Assembly: GCF_036971445.1 (NCBI RefSeq)
Contig: NC_091476.1
Coordinates: 10,974,001 to 11,038,000, forward strand
Source: Narcine bancroftii
Lineage: Eukaryota
Reading direction: 5' to 3'
DNA: 64,000 bases
Shown: positions 49,081-63,167 of the stretch, in pieces
Layout of the letters: the number at the start of each line of letters is the position of its first letter
Position numbering within the stretch: the stretch's first letter is position 1
The notes under the pieces: model-generated
Databases searched by the model: none
What the model was told of the DNA's origin: nothing
What the model saw: the letters and a program-made list of their open reading frames with translations, nothing else
Made by a program: the position numbers and the translations under genes

Positions 49081-50587
49081 ACCATCTTTATTTAAATAAT
49101 GAAATTCTTAGAATAAGGTACGAGGCAGTGTGGAACCAAACACATTAAACAGGGTGTAACTGGGTACTGTGGCAGGATAATTATGGTAACTATACTGATT
49201 TTATTTCCTAATCCCCAGCACAAAAATGGCTATCTTCTATGATCATAAAACAGTTGAACGGAATGCAATAGGAGTACAGATTGAGTTCAAGATGCTAGTT
49301 ATCTAGCATCTCAAACAATATGGAAAAAACAAGAGATTAAACGATCATTTTTAAAGTTCGGAGGAACAACTCTTCTCTCTAAATTAGGTCTAGTGATGCA
49401 TTTACATGCAAAATTTGCAATTGAAATTAACATTCAGAATAAAAAGTTCAACAACACAAAACTTCACTAACCTAGTCTCCAGTTTCTTTGGAGACAAATA
49501 TTCCAATTCCACTTGAGCATGCTTTGGAGTAAGAGAAACTTGTACATTTTTTTTGCTGAAGCAAATAATGATTTTTTTTTTCCTACAATAATAACTTCCA
49601 TTACTTGAGTACTACTTGACAGGAGTCAAACCAATGAAGCCAAGAATTTGTAAATTTAAGGAAGGACTAACAAAATGAAGCAAGGACTAATAAAGCAGGT
49701 CTTTGTCTGCAAGGGTTAGGTGGGTGTGATAGAGGCCTCATCATGTGGATAATCTGATTACTGGAACCATAGGAAAACAAACTTCTTTTGCTATATGCTT
49801 AAATCTTTCAACCGATTGTTCCTTCATCTCAAAATTAGATAATATTCAACATTAGTTTAAATGACTAGCACATTAAAATTTACATTTAATGACCGAAATG
49901 CTGGAGAAAATCAATTACTGTCAGAAATATTGAGGGAGAAATTAGTTTTTGGATGTGACTATCTGTACTTCCCTTCAAAATTGTAGCTCTGTCTGATCTG
50001 AATTTCAGATGTCAAGCACAAGTAGTGGCTGATGCTTCATGTCAATTTAGCACACATTTCCTCAACTCCACTTGGTCATTTTCAAATGCAGAATATATTA
50101 GATTTTTTTTTCCCAACTTCATTGGGAGATATTTTTCCTCCATCAACACCAAGGCACTTTCTCTTCCAATTGCATTGCTTATCTTATTATGAATACAGAT
50201 TGAAATCTACGCAAACATTGTCACATTTAATTAAAAAAAAGTCCTTCTATATTTTACTATTCCTGGGGTGTAGTAAAAGAGCAACATTTTGTAAACATTA
50301 ACATACCACACTGTACAATATGAACTTAAGCATTATGTACAAGACGGAATTTCTTTCAAAGTGATACACCTCAGGCTTAATCAAGTGAGGGAGAGCAACA
50401 CTTCAAAGAAAAAATAATATGTGCAAAATATGCTTGTGAAGGAAAAATACATTAGACAGGTATCTACACTCACGACAGTAGATTACTTTTACAACAGGTG
50501 TATTGGCAGTCATCTGTTCAAGTATCTACAAGGCACTCAGGGTAGGAATGATATGCTTTTTCTTGATGGTTGGCCTTTTTTACCCCC

Positions 50588-50638
50588 TTAGTCCGGTCGA
50601 AATATAGGAAATTTTGGTAAGAATTCTATTAGTATTAC
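50588..50638 (-). CDS. CHIC1: CHIC1-like cysteine-rich hydrophobic domain protein, last coding exon
   Basis: ctttatag|GTA...TAA encodes VILIEFLPKFPIFRPD*, the CHIC1/2 C-terminus. Confidence 0.9.
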   Translation of the reverse strand, partial: VILIEFLPKFPIFRPD

Positions 50639-53600
50639 CTATAAAGATTAAGAGAAAAATAGTTTGACCTGAAACAGCAATTAGTGTTGAACATTTAAAC
50701 ATTTTGAAGACAGCAAAACAAAGATCTAAAATGTTCAGAGAACATTAGTGTGCAAATATTGATATAAATTACATATAAAAAATAAATTTGTGTAAAAGAA
50801 GAAAAAGTGAGTTAATGTCTGTGGTTCGCTGTCCATTCAGATGGTAGAGGGGAAGAAGCTTAAAGTAAAATATGAATTTTTATATACCCACACATTTTAT
50901 ACGCATTATCTACAAACATTGTTATGTTTCACATGTTCTAAACTAAGCAGGTGAGCTTCAGGATTCAGATTTCGACAAAAGTTATTCTTGAACTATCTGT
51001 TAAGAATCAGATGTGTGGTGGCAATGACCTTACTCACTTGTGTCTCCTTTCCTCACTTTAATTCAAGGTCTATAATTGGTTAGACAGCTGTAACAGCTAA
51101 TAAGTTCCAATCCCAGAGACATTGAGAAGATTTTACTGAATGACCTGCGCATTTCTTGTTGTGAAAGTTGATCTACAATGATGTTGGAAGTTTCAGGATT
51201 TTGACGAAGCAAATCCATGTTAGGCTAGCGTGCAAGGTGGGGATGCAGATGCTGCGGCCTAGTGTTGCATACAAAATGATGGCGAAGCTCAGCAGGTCAT
51301 GCAGCATCCATGAAAAGTAGTCGGCATTTTGGGCCCAAACCATTCTTCAGGTGTGATTTCAGGCCTGAACAATGGTCGTGCCTGAAATTTTCCATGGATG
51401 CTGCATGACTTGCTGAGTTTCTCCAGCCCTTTTGAGTTATAAGGGGTTAATTATGTTTGTAGGTGTTGTTGCCGCCATGTACAACCTCTTGCCTCAGTGC
51501 ATTTGCACATTTTATTCATTTCAACCATGTTAGAAGGAATGAATTGTCAGTATGTTGGATGGTGTGCCTTATTCTGCAGAGTATCAAACCTCCAGTTTCA
51601 TAACTGCAACCAAACGTTCTGTATTTTATTCTGGTCACTACTTTTACCTTGTCGATAGGGGTTGGTAGAGAGGGTGGTGCTGTGCTTCGAGTTGGGAAAA
51701 CCCCTCACCAAATAAACATAGCTCATGAATTACTGTTGTATCCACTTAGGTGACCTGAAGCTTCCAGTCAAAGAAGGGGTGTGGCCATGCAAAGGACTTA
51801 GATATGTTTTGGTTGAGCTCTTCGTGAAGAGTTAAGACGATTAAAATCTCAAAATTAAGAATTTTTTTTCCCCCACCAAAAGTGGATAAAGTAAGTACCA
51901 AGAGACCAAGGCAGCAGAAAACAAAAGCCAAGGAAGTTTCTACTTAACCAGGAACATGGAGCAAGAGCCTGAAAGGGAACAGTGCAAGAATGGCCTCAGG
52001 ACCAGCAGATCCTGGCAGAGCTGGGGAGTCAGGACAAGAACTGGAGTAACCAATCTGTAGGTGTCGAAAGACATGAGAGACAAGTTTGAAAGGATGACAA
52101 ATTAAATAAATCGTTGAAGACAAATGATAGGATAGGCTAAAAGCTATGCAAAGAAAAGCTATGCAAAGAAATAGGAATCAGACAAACAAGGTCTGCTGGA
52201 CAAGATTGACCACATGGAGAATGTTGGAATTATTGGACCGAGAAAAGGGATCAAGGGAAGAGATCCGGTGAACTTCTTTGAAACATGGATCCTGCGAGTT
52301 CTGAGAGAAGACAAATTCAGAGAAAAATTACATATTCAAAAGGCTCACTGGACCTTCGGACTCAGAAGAACTAGCGATTAGCAACCACGACCGGTCCTAG
52401 TAAGACTACTTGTGAGGAGTTTGAAAAGAATAAGGCAGCCAAAGAAGATTATTATGAAGAATGTTTATTTACATTTTTAAACTGTCTTTTATTTATTATT
52501 GAAAAGGAAATTTTATTGAAATGTTCACGGAGAGCTCAGTGAACATTCCCACGCTCTTTAAAAATTGTCCACTATTGCTATTTATAGTTAGCATTTTCCC
52601 ATGGTCTCTTATAAAGGTTTATATAGGTTGGCACAACAAGCTTAATTATGTTATAATTAGGTATGATTAATTTTGTTTGAATACATTGATCAGGATTTAG
52701 GGCAGGTCCACCATTGCTTGATGAGTCTTGATGTCACTGATAGAAGGAAGAACAGTCCTAACCCTGGGGTTGGCTCCTTTTAAGTGTGAACATGTTCAGT
52801 ATCCCAGTTAAGAGTGGTCAAGTGTGAACAGCAAAAAACACCATTCCTATCCTGGGACACTGAAGAGCCAATTTAGTGGGATGCAAGTGTAAAAGGGGCT
52901 ACTGATTGTCAAGGAGAATTGCTTCCGAATTATGGTCAATGCCTGGTACTCCCAGAACAAAAAGTGTCAATCAACACTCCAACTCAACTTGAATGCTGCC
53001 CTGTCCTTGCTGCTTTATTTCCATGGAGTTATTGTACATATGGAATGGTATACTTTGCAAATAGTAAACATCTTTAGAAGTCATGTTGGAGAAAAAGATA
53101 ATTTGAAGGTAACCAGCTAAGGAACTTTCCTGCCATGAGAAACTTCCCTGATTATGTCCTGGTACAACTGGGCAACAACAAAAATATTCTTTTCTTTAAA
53201 CCATTACATTTTCATTAAAGTCACACCTGGAAAATAGTTATCAAAGGAATCACATCTGACCTAACATCAGTAATTAACGTTTAATTTTGTTCACGTCTGA
53301 GCAAAGCTCTAATGAGCTCTAGTGTTATTGGAGAAAAAAACACAAGTTTTGGTGAGTAGATGCATTTTGATACAGCTATCAATTATTTTCTGGTGATTTG
53401 AGAGGAGGCCAATAGGACAATAATAAGATAGGGCACTGCCTATCTTTCTATGCCCAGGATCTACCCACTTCCCCACAGAGGTCAAGTTGATGACTATGTT
53501 GTAGTATTATTGGAAGAGATCAGAGATGCAGCTAATACTGATGCACTACTTTTTCAGTGCTTCGACCAAATTATTACTAGGGCCCAAAGTCTTGGTTGCA

Positions 53601-54030
53601 TCAAATAGATCACTGAGTAAAATCAGTTTGGTCAAAGACTGTCTATTGTGATGAAGTTATCAGGAGGAAACTTCTGACAAGGGATGGGAACAAAAGATTA
53701 AAAGTTGCTTTATCATTTCACAAAATAAATTTTCTATGCTATTGAGTAAATCCTGTTAAAAGTTCTTCATTAAGGTTTGAACAAGATGAAACATGAATGT
53801 GACATCCTCCAGAATCTTGAAGCTGGAGAATGCTAGCTCATACAAGACAATTGGCCTTCCCCCACCTCCCTCCCCCCCAACCCCCCACAGAAACTTTGGA
53901 ATTATTCCAAATAAAAAAATTAGCATACTTACCTCCGGTGTGTCCCAATGTGGTCATTTAAAACAGGGACACTTTCACACAGCCTTCCTGTCTTGTTGAA
54001 TTTGTCGGAGGGGGAACGTCGTGTTCATTA

Positions 54031-54219
54031 GGCCAGTTTCTTACTGCGTGGCTGTGGTCAATTTACACTGCAGCCGCTCCGTAAAAACGTGTAGGTTTAT
54101 GAGTGGAAAAATTACGGGATGGAATTTGCATAAAAATTCCATCCAGACATTTTTACCCTGCCATCGCAGCAGAAATTTTCCTGAAATTTTCTGCTGTTCA
54201 GTGGCTGTGTAAAAGTGCC
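54031..54219. mobile_element. Possible PIF/Harbinger-like MITE
   Basis: TTA|GGCCAGTTTC ... GTAAAAGTGCC|TAA imperfect TIRs and an internal palindrome. Confidence 0.4.
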
Positions 54220-54358
54220 TAATGCCAAAGCCCTTAGGAAAAACACAAAATACTGGAGAAACTCAGCATGTCAAACAGTGTCCTTTATGTAGCAAAGGCA
54301 AAGATTCAGAACTGCCCTTAAAATCATTATCAACACATCTCCTTTGAAGAGACTGTCA

Positions 54359-54463
<105 letters not shown>

Positions 54464-54903
54464 CTAATTCCAAAACAAGAAAAACAGATTTACTTGATAA
54501 ACAAGAAAAAATTAGCTGAGCTAAACTTCAGAAGTAATCACACTACATAAATCAACAAAAATTCCAGTAAATTATTAAACCATCTATTCAGAATATTGGA
54601 GGATCTTTGTATTGGTATCACTGAAATGGGCGAGAATCATTCTTTCTCCTTCTCTGTAAATTTAACAAATACAAGTTGTTCTTCATCAATGAAGATGCAA
54701 CAAGTTCAAGATATCCTGAAAAATAGTCTATACAGAATTAATGACAGACATTTACTAAATCATATGTTGGGAGACCAAAAGGCAATAATGAAAAGATGGA
54801 CAAAAGATTATTGAGAATGCAAGAGATCATTGGAATTAGGAACAAAATTCAAGAGAACGATTTAGTCAAAGTCTGATAGCTCTGCCATACATGAAACATG
54901 TAT

Positions 54904-55591
54904 GTCTGGAAAAACAACCAACTGAAAAACCTCACAAAGATAAGCGTATACAGAGCCGTTGTCATACCCACACTCCTGTTCGGCTCCGAATCATGGGTCC
55001 TCTACCGGCACCACCTACGGCTCCTAGAACGCTTCCACCAGCGTTGTCTCCGCTCCATCCTCAACATCCATTGGAGCGCTTACATCCCTAACGTCGAAGT
55101 ACTCGAGATGGCAGAGGTCGACAGCATCGAGTCCACGCTGCTGAAGATCCAGCTGCGCTGGATGGGTCACGTCTCCAGAATGGAGGACCATCGCCTTCCC
55201 AAGATCGTGTTATATGGCGAGCTCTCCACTGGCCACCGTGACAGAGGTGCACCAAAGAAAAGGTACAAGGACTGCCTAAAGAAATCTCTTGGTGCCTGCC
55301 ACATTGACCACCGCCAGTGGGCTGATATCGCCTCAAACCGTGCATCTTGGCGCCTCACAGTTTGGCGGGCAGCAACCTCCTTTGAAGAAGACTGCAGAGC
55401 CTACCTCACTGACAAAAGGCAAAGGAGGAAAAACCCAACACCCAACCCCAACCCACCAATTTTCCCCTGCAACCGCTGCAATCGTGTCTGCCTGTCCCGC
55501 ATCGGACTTGTCAGCCACAAACGAGCCTGCAGCTGACGTGGACTTTTTACCCCCTCCATAAATCTTCGTCCGCGAAGCCAAGCCAAAGAAG
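54904..55591 (+). mobile_element. 5'-truncated RTE LINE, same family, with 10-bp TSD ACATGAAACA
   Basis: Near-identical to 10806-11495; TSD copies at 54889-54898 and 55592-55601. Confidence 0.93.
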
Positions 55592-56442
55592 ACATGAAAC
55601 AGATGAGAAATAACAAGGGGAATTCATAGCAGCCCAGAGTTTCAGGATTGATGAAAAATTTAGCAAGGTTGACAAAATAAACATGGTTCTCCTTGAATTC
55701 AAAACAAGATCAGGGATTGAAATTAAATATACAGAGAACATTTTAAATTAAGATAGTCCAACACCATGAAAGTGATTATGGCATGATCAACCAGTGATAA
55801 TAGAGTAGATCTGTTTGTAATCAGTATACATATGGAAGCTGATTCTAGGCATGCAGAAGAAATCATCAAGGAAGCCTCTCCCCACTCACAAAATGTTGTT
55901 TTGGATGATTAGCTGCAAGTGAAAGGAGCCTTTAGATAATATGCACCGTCATGGAGAAGCAACGAAGGTGAACTGAACAAGATTGCTGTGGAATGTTAGT
56001 TTTAATAATTTTAGAAGCAACTTGAGAATTGAGCTCGGGACAATACAGTGATAAATCCTGAAAGTTAGACCACATTGGATAGATTCAGTTTCAGGATTAG
56101 TTCACCAAGATTTTCCAACTTGGTAAAAAATCCAAAAGTTAAAATTTTAATTTAGCTTTCCTTTAAATAAACATCAACAAGACAATGATTTAGAATCAGA
56201 TTAGATAGTTGACCAAATTCAAATATAATAGCTTGAATGTAGAGAAAATACAAAGAAGATCTTTAAATTAAATACTTCCCCTCGATTCAAGGTGCTGAAG
56301 TGAGCAAGCAAAATATAGCGCCACCATGTGGAATTTCTTTTGTCATAAACCTATGTTGATCATCTTTATCACTAGACCTATGCAAATATTTTATCAAGTT
56401 TAGGACAGAATTATGATATGTATATAATCATTAATTCCTCAC

Positions 56443-56499
56443 CTTGTGATACAATCTGTTGTTCTCCCATTCTAACAGCTTTTGTATTGATTTTCTAGT
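56443..56499 (-). CDS. CHIC1: CHIC1-like, third-to-last coding exon (upstream exons lie beyond the window)
   Basis: TRKSIQKLLEWENNRLYHK; flanks ttttccag / gtgagg; SIQK as in CHIC1 (CHIC2 has SIEK). Confidence 0.9.
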
Positions 56500-59400
56500 C
56501 TGGAAAATATTAAATAGAAGATTCTCTATTGTCTAAATGCTTAAACACAAACCATTTATATAAAATGGTTGTCCTGTAGTAAAAGAGAAGATTAGTTATG
56601 CAAAAAGTGACATTGCTATAGAATTACAAAACTTGCCCATTACAGAATTGGGCAGCGCGAGCAGAGAAACACACATTTTTTTTTTTTAATTGAGTGGCGT
56701 TGGCTCCAGAAATCACTCTTAGCTAGAAATTATACGAATGAGTTGCAAACATTTTATGCTTTTTTTTTGGTGAGGGGAAAGGAAAAAATACGAGGGTTGT
56801 AATAGAATGCAAATACAATTTCTTCCTTACATCCATTTCTTGTATCTGGTACAGTGGCATAAAGCTGCAGATGACAACTGCTGACAACATTACTTCAAAA
56901 TAAAAAGAAGAGCATTTGTGGCAAAAATAACTTCAAGGGTTACAAGTTATTACAGAATATACTAAAAGTGTAGAGCATCACAAAGCTCTGAAATAGAAAC
57001 AAAAAATGCTGGAAATATTCTGGTCAAACAGCATCTGGAGAGCGAGAAAAAGACAGTTAACTTTTCATAAGAATGAAGCTGGAAAATCATGTTTTAAGTT
57101 GCAGAGAGGGAGTGGTGGAAAGAACAAACATCTATAACAGGGTGGAGTCTGCAAATATCTAGGTCTTCAAATTGTCTAACAACCATATTCAGACAAAACT
57201 GAGCATGACACAAACATGAATTAGCGCATTAGTCAACATTCATAAAATTCCAAACATACAATAGGTGTTTAAGAACAGATGATGCAGGGGAGGAGGGTAG
57301 AAATGCAGGGAGTGCACTGGGTAGTTGGACTACCTGCTTTGCAAGTTAACTTGTGGTGACGTTGAATGCTGGATGCACCCACGGGGATTGGTAGATACCA
57401 AGTTTGCCAGTTGCTTGAGACTCAATGCCTTAATTTGAAATTTAAAAAAAACTATTTTAGTCCTTAATTATGTAAAGTTCACTTTAATCAGGTAATTCCT
57501 GCAACTTACAAAATTTAAATTCGAATCCCAGTCACTGGTGTTGTAACAGTGTTAAGTACTGCTGTCATAATTAACCCCCTTCCCCAAGTTTTCAGATAAA
57601 GTCTTACTAATATACTTAATAATATGCCAATAAAGACTCTTACTAAACAGGGATAAGGAGACACTTTAAGGGAATCACCCCAACAGTGAGCAGCATTAAA
57701 CAACTTTTCATCATGGGCAAATATAATTTTACTCAAACCCAACTTTATTCAAACTTTCTTCAAAGAGCTATGAGCAATGAACGACCAAGGCACTCCACTA
57801 GCTGAATATTTGCTCCCATTTTCAAAGGTTTGCGTTACTTCAGAGAACATTTAATTTAAAATTTTTATTTATTCTTATTTAATTTAATATTTATTTTTTT
57901 TCCTTGATTTTTTTTGCCAGTCGCTTAAATTTCAGATAATACGAGTTATACTACCAGCTTCATTTTCTTTAACTCTTTCCCAGCTACCTCGAGCTCTAGA
58001 ACTTTAAAAAAATTATTTGATTTGAGATTTGAATGCTTTGATTCTGATTTTTGTTTTACCCTCAACTTTTAATTTATCCAAGGAGAAGTAATGAGAAAAT
58101 GCACAAGCAAACACTTTGTGGTTCATTTTATTCATAAATAGGCCTAGAAGTGATTCCTGTTTTATAACCGACTGTGTTTGTAGGGATCATTTTGAGGACA
58201 AAATAGAAAGCATTCCTGGAAATCAAATGATCAAGGTACATGTAGAGGAATACTTCAACTATTTGGAAAAATGCAGAATTCATGGGAAAATAAAGCCCTT
58301 AATTCTGTTTTATGCTCTCAGAAACAAGGCCATCTGATTTCGGAATATGTTATTGAAATCCCATTATATCTGCTCTGCTAGTCAAAACATCTCAAAACCA
58401 TTCCACTTTATTTTTTAAAAATTGGCATTAAACATTAGATTTTGCATTTTACAATGTGATCAGTAAGTGCTAGAAGAGACTAGTCCTTTCTTATGCAGCA
58501 GAATGTGATTGTTGAGAGAAATGGAGGATGCAAAATGTGGCTCTTGTAATTGACAGCTTCACTATCTCGTACTTAAATTGTCATTTGTGCGTATGATCTA
58601 CCTAAATATTAAACATTCTGGCTGTGTAATTTGATTATCCAATTTTTTTAAAAATTTCACCACCACACAACTAAGGAGCTAGATGCTGCTTAGTTCAATT
58701 TATATCATTCCAGAAATTCAACAAGCCAGAAGATTATGAATTCAAGTTCCACTCCAGAAACATGAACACAAAATTCATATGAACATTTCACTGAAGGAAG
58801 TATTTTGAGTAAGGGATTTAATCCACAACTTATTTATTGTTATTGACAATTGCAAGAGGATTTCAGAGATGACTTAATAAGATCAGAGAACAGTCAAAGA
58901 ACTCAAGATGATATTGATTTCTCAAACAAATTAAAGATCATTACTGAAGTTTGTTGTGAGAAAACTGGCTGCCAGATTTCCTACATTACAGTAACTACAA
59001 AGTTGGGACACCTTGAAAATAATTTACATCAATGAAAAACTTTCTGGCTATGTCTGATCATTGCAATATGTTAAATGTCACAAATATCAAATGTAAATCC
59101 ACTTTGTTCAAAGGTTTGCCTAAGTGTGGATTGAACAAGTACACCAGCATTAATTTCTAGACAGCTGCATCAATCTACAGAACTGTGTTCATCTTTCAGG
59201 CAGAAAACATGCATAGATCAGTTGCAAACACATTTTAAGAACAGACTTTAGTGAAATACTCAAATATTACTTCCTCATTCTCTCTTTAGAAAGGACGTTA
59301 TAAAAATAGTACATTTAATGTTTTGCAGCAGCTTCCTTCATTAACTTTGGCAGTGATGTTGAAACAATACACTCACCTAACAACAGACATATAAATGAGG

Positions 59401-59697
59401 TTCATTAGAGCAACATTGTTCTATCTGCATGCCATTTGTGGTCAATATCTACTCCTTCAACAGTCCCTCAGGAGTTACTTTTAACATATCTACGTTCCTC
59501 CTGGAAATCACATCATGTTGGAGCTTCAAATAGAATGCTTGCTTTATCAAACTAGTGTCTGAAAAATATGGAGGGTGGGTGGGGGTCAGCAATTATGCCT
59601 GCCTAATAGATCACAAGCTGGAGGCTGGATTTGAGATCACGATACTCTTATAATCTTTTTTTTCTACAGGCACCAACAAGTTGGGTTGGTAGACTGG

Positions 59698-62600
59698 GGG
59701 TTGGGCGCGTTGGGTTGGGCGCGTTGGGTTGGGCGCGTTGGGTTGGGCGCGTTGGGTTGGGCGCGTTGGGTTGGGCGCGTTGGGTTGGGCGCGTTGGGTT
59801 GGGCGCGTTGGGTTGGGCGCGTTGGGTTGGGCGCGTTGGGTTGGGCGCGTTGGGTTGGGCGCGTTGGGTTGGGCGCGTTGGGTTGGGCGCGTTGGGTTGG
59901 GCGCGTTGGGTTGGGCGCGTTGGGTTGGGCGCGTTGGGTTGGGCGCGTTGGGTTGGGCGCGTTGGGTTGGGCGCGTTGGGTTGGGCGCGTTGGGTTGGGC
60001 GCGTTGGGTTGGGCGCGTTGGGTTGGGCGCGTTGGGTTGGGCGCGTTGGGTTGGGCGCGTTGGGTTGGGCGCGTTGGGTTGGGCGCGTTGGGTTGGGCGC
60101 GTTGGGTTGGGCGCGTTGGGTTGGGCGCGTTGGGTTGGGCGCGTTGGGTTGGGCGCGTTGGGTTGGGCGCGTTGGGTTGGGCGCGTTGGGTTGGGCGCGT
60201 TGGGTTGGGCGCGTTGGGTTGGGCGCGTTGGGTTGGGCGCGTTGGGTTGGGCGCGTTGGGTTGGGCGCGTTGGGTTGGGCGCGTTGGGTTGGGCGCGTTG
60301 GGTTGGGCGCGTTGGGTTGGGCGCGTTGGGTTGGGCGCGTTGGGTTGGGCGCGTTGGGTTGGGCGCGTTGGGTTGGGCGCGTTGGGTTGGGCGCGTTGGG
60401 TTGGGCGCGTTGGGTTGGGCGCGTTGGGTTGGGCGCGTTGGGTTGGGCGCGTTGGGTTGGGCGCGTTGGGTTGGGCGCGTTGGGTTGGGCGCGTTGGGTT
60501 GGGCGCGTTGGGTTGGGCGCGTTGGGTTGGGCGCGTTGGGTTGGGCGCGTTGGGTTGGGCGCGTTGGGTTGGGCGCGTTGGGTTGGGCGCGTTGGGTTGG
60601 GCGCGTTGGGTTGGGCGCGTTGGGTTGGGCGCGTTGGGTTGGGCGCGTTGGGTTGGGCGCGTTGGGTTGGGCGCGTTGGGTTGGGCGCGTTGGGTTGGGC
60701 GCGTTGGGTTGGGCGCGTTGGGTTGGGCGCGTTGGGTTGGGCGCGTTGGGTTGGGCGCGTTGGGTTGGGCGCGTTGGGTTGGGCGCGTTGGGTTGGGCGC
60801 GTTGGGTTGGGCGCGTTGGGTTGGGCGCGTTGGGTTGGGCGCGTTGGGTTGGGCGCGTTGGGTTGGGCGCGTTGGGTTGGGCGCGTTGGGTTGGGCGCGT
60901 TGGGTTGGGCGCGTTGGGTTGGGCGCGTTGGGTTGGGCGCGTTGGGTTGGGCGCGTTGGGTTGGGCGCGTTGGGTTGGGCGCGTTGGGTTGGGCGCGTTG
61001 GGTTGGGCGCGTTGGGTTGGGCGCGTTGGGTTGGGCGCGTTGGGTTGGGCGCGTTGGGTTGGGCGCGTTGGGTTGGGCGCGTTGGGTTGGGCGCGTTGGG
61101 TTGGGCGCGTTGGGTTGGGCGCGTTGGGTTGGGCGCGTTGGGTTGGGCGCGTTGGGTTGGGCGCGTTGGGTTGGGCGCGTTGGGTTGGGCGCGTTGGGTT
61201 GGGCGCGTTGGGTTGGGCGCGTTGGGTTGGGCGCGTTGGGTTGGGCGCGTTGGGTTGGGCGCGTTGGGTTGGGCGCGTTGGGTTGGGCGCGTTGGGTTGG
61301 GCGCGTTGGGTTGGGCGCGTTGGGTTGGGCGCGTTGGGTTGGGCGCGTTGGGTTGGGCGCGTTGGGTTGGGCGCGTTGGGTTGGGCGCGTTGGGTTGGGC
61401 GCGTTGGGTTGGGCGCGTTGGGTTGGGCGCGTTGGGTTGGGCGCGTTGGGTTGGGCGCGTTGGGTTGGGCGCGTTGGGTTGGGCGCGTTGGGTTGGGCGC
61501 GTTGGGTTGGGCGCGTTGGGTTGGGCGCGTTGGGTTGGGCGCGTTGGGTTGGGCGCGTTGGGTTGGGCGCGTTGGGTTGGGCGCGTTGGGTTGGGCGCGT
61601 TGGGTTGGGCGCGTTGGGTTGGGCGCGTTGGGTTGGGCGCGTTGGGTTGGGCGCGTTGGGTTGGGCGCGTTGGGTTGGGCGCGTTGGGTTGGGCGCGTTG
61701 GGTTGGGCGCGTTGGGTTGGGCGCGTTGGGTTGGGCGCGTTGGGTTGGGCGCGTTGGGTTGGGCGCGTTGGGTTGGGCGCGTTGGGTTGGGCGCGTTGGG
61801 TTGGGCGCGTTGGGTTGGGCGCGTTGGGTTGGGCGCGTTGGGTTGGGCGCGTTGGGTTGGGCGCGTTGGGTTGGGCGCGTTGGGTTGGGCGCGTTGGGTT
61901 GGGCGCGTTGGGTTGGGCGCGTTGGGTTGGGCGCGTTGGGTTGGGCGCGTTGGGTTGGGCGCGTTGGGTTGGGCGCGTTGGGTTGGGCGCGTTGGGTTGG
62001 GCGCGTTGGGTTGGGCGCGTTGGGTTGGGCGCGTTGGGTTGGGCGCGTTGGGTTGGGCGCGTTGGGTTGGGCGCGTTGGGTTGGGCGCGTTGGGTTGGGC
62101 GCGTTGGGTTGGGCGCGTTGGGTTGGGCGCGTTGGGTTGGGCGCGTTGGGTTGGGCGCGTTGGGTTGGGCGCGTTGGGTTGGGCGCGTTGGGTTGGGCGC
62201 GTTGGGTTGGGCGCGTTGGGTTGGGCGCGTTGGGTTGGGCGCGTTGGGTTGGGCGCGTTGGGTTGGGCGCGTTGGGTTGGGCGCGTTGGGTTGGGCGCGT
62301 TGGGTTGGGCGCGTTGGGTTGGGCGCGTTGGGTTGGGCGCGTTGGGTTGGGCGCGTTGGGTTGGGCGCGTTGGGTTGGGCGCGTTGGGTTGGGCGCGTTG
62401 GGTTGGGCGCGTTGGGTTGGGCGCGTTGGGTTGGGCGCGTTGGGTTGGGCGCGTTGGGTTGGGCGCGTTGGGTTGGGCGCGTTGGGTTGGGCGCGTTGGG
62501 TTGGGCGCGTTGGGTTGGGCGCGTTGGGTTGGGCGCGTTGGGTTGGGCGCGTTGGGTTGGGCGCGTTGGGTTGGGCGCGTTGGGTTGGGCGCGTTGGGTT

Positions 62601-63093
62601 GGGCGCGTTGGGTTGGGCGCGTTGGGTTGGGCGCGTTGGGTTGGGCGCGTTGGGTTGGGCGCGTTGGGTTGGGCGCGTTGGGTTGGGCGCGTTGGGTTGG
62701 GCGCGTTGGGTTGGGCGCGTTGGGTTGGGCGCGTTGGGTTGGGCGCGTTGGGTTGGGCGCGTTGGGTTGGGCGCGTTGGGTTGGGCGCGTTGGGTTGGGC
62801 GCGTTGGGTTGGGCGCGTTGGGTTGGGCGCGTTGGGTTGGGCGCGTTGGGTTGGGCGCGTTGGGTTGGGCGCGTTGGGTTGGGCGCGTTGGGTTGGGCGC
62901 GTTGGGTTGGGCGCGTTGGGTTGGGCGCGTTGGGTTGGGCGCGTTGGGTTGGGCGCGTTGGGTTGGGCGCGTTGGGTTGGGCGCGTTGGGTTGGGCGCGT
63001 TGGGTTGGGCGCGTTGGGTTGGGCGCGTTGGGTTGGGCGCGTTGGGTTGGGCGCGTTGGGTTGGGCGCGTTGGGTTGGGCGCGTTGGGTTGGG
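59698..63093. repeat. Perfect 14-bp satellite (GGGTTGGGCGCGTT)n, ~243 copies, in a CHIC1 intron
   Basis: No visible variant units over ~3.4 kb. Confidence 0.97.
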
Positions 63094-63167
63094 TAGTGCT
63101 GAATTTTGTCTTCAATATTTGAAACGTGAGTCAAGTTGATCAGGGTCTAATCACATCTTTTGAATAT

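Noticed and set aside
51950-52660. Possible retroviral gag-like or coding fragment
   Set aside because: Purine-rich but no recognisable motif or sustained frame; cannot be supported.
59698-63093. Interstitial telomere
   Set aside because: The unit is not TTAGGG and contains CGCG.
59631-63139. 1100+ aa ORFs on both strands
   Set aside because: They are translations of the stop-free 14-bp satellite, not genes.
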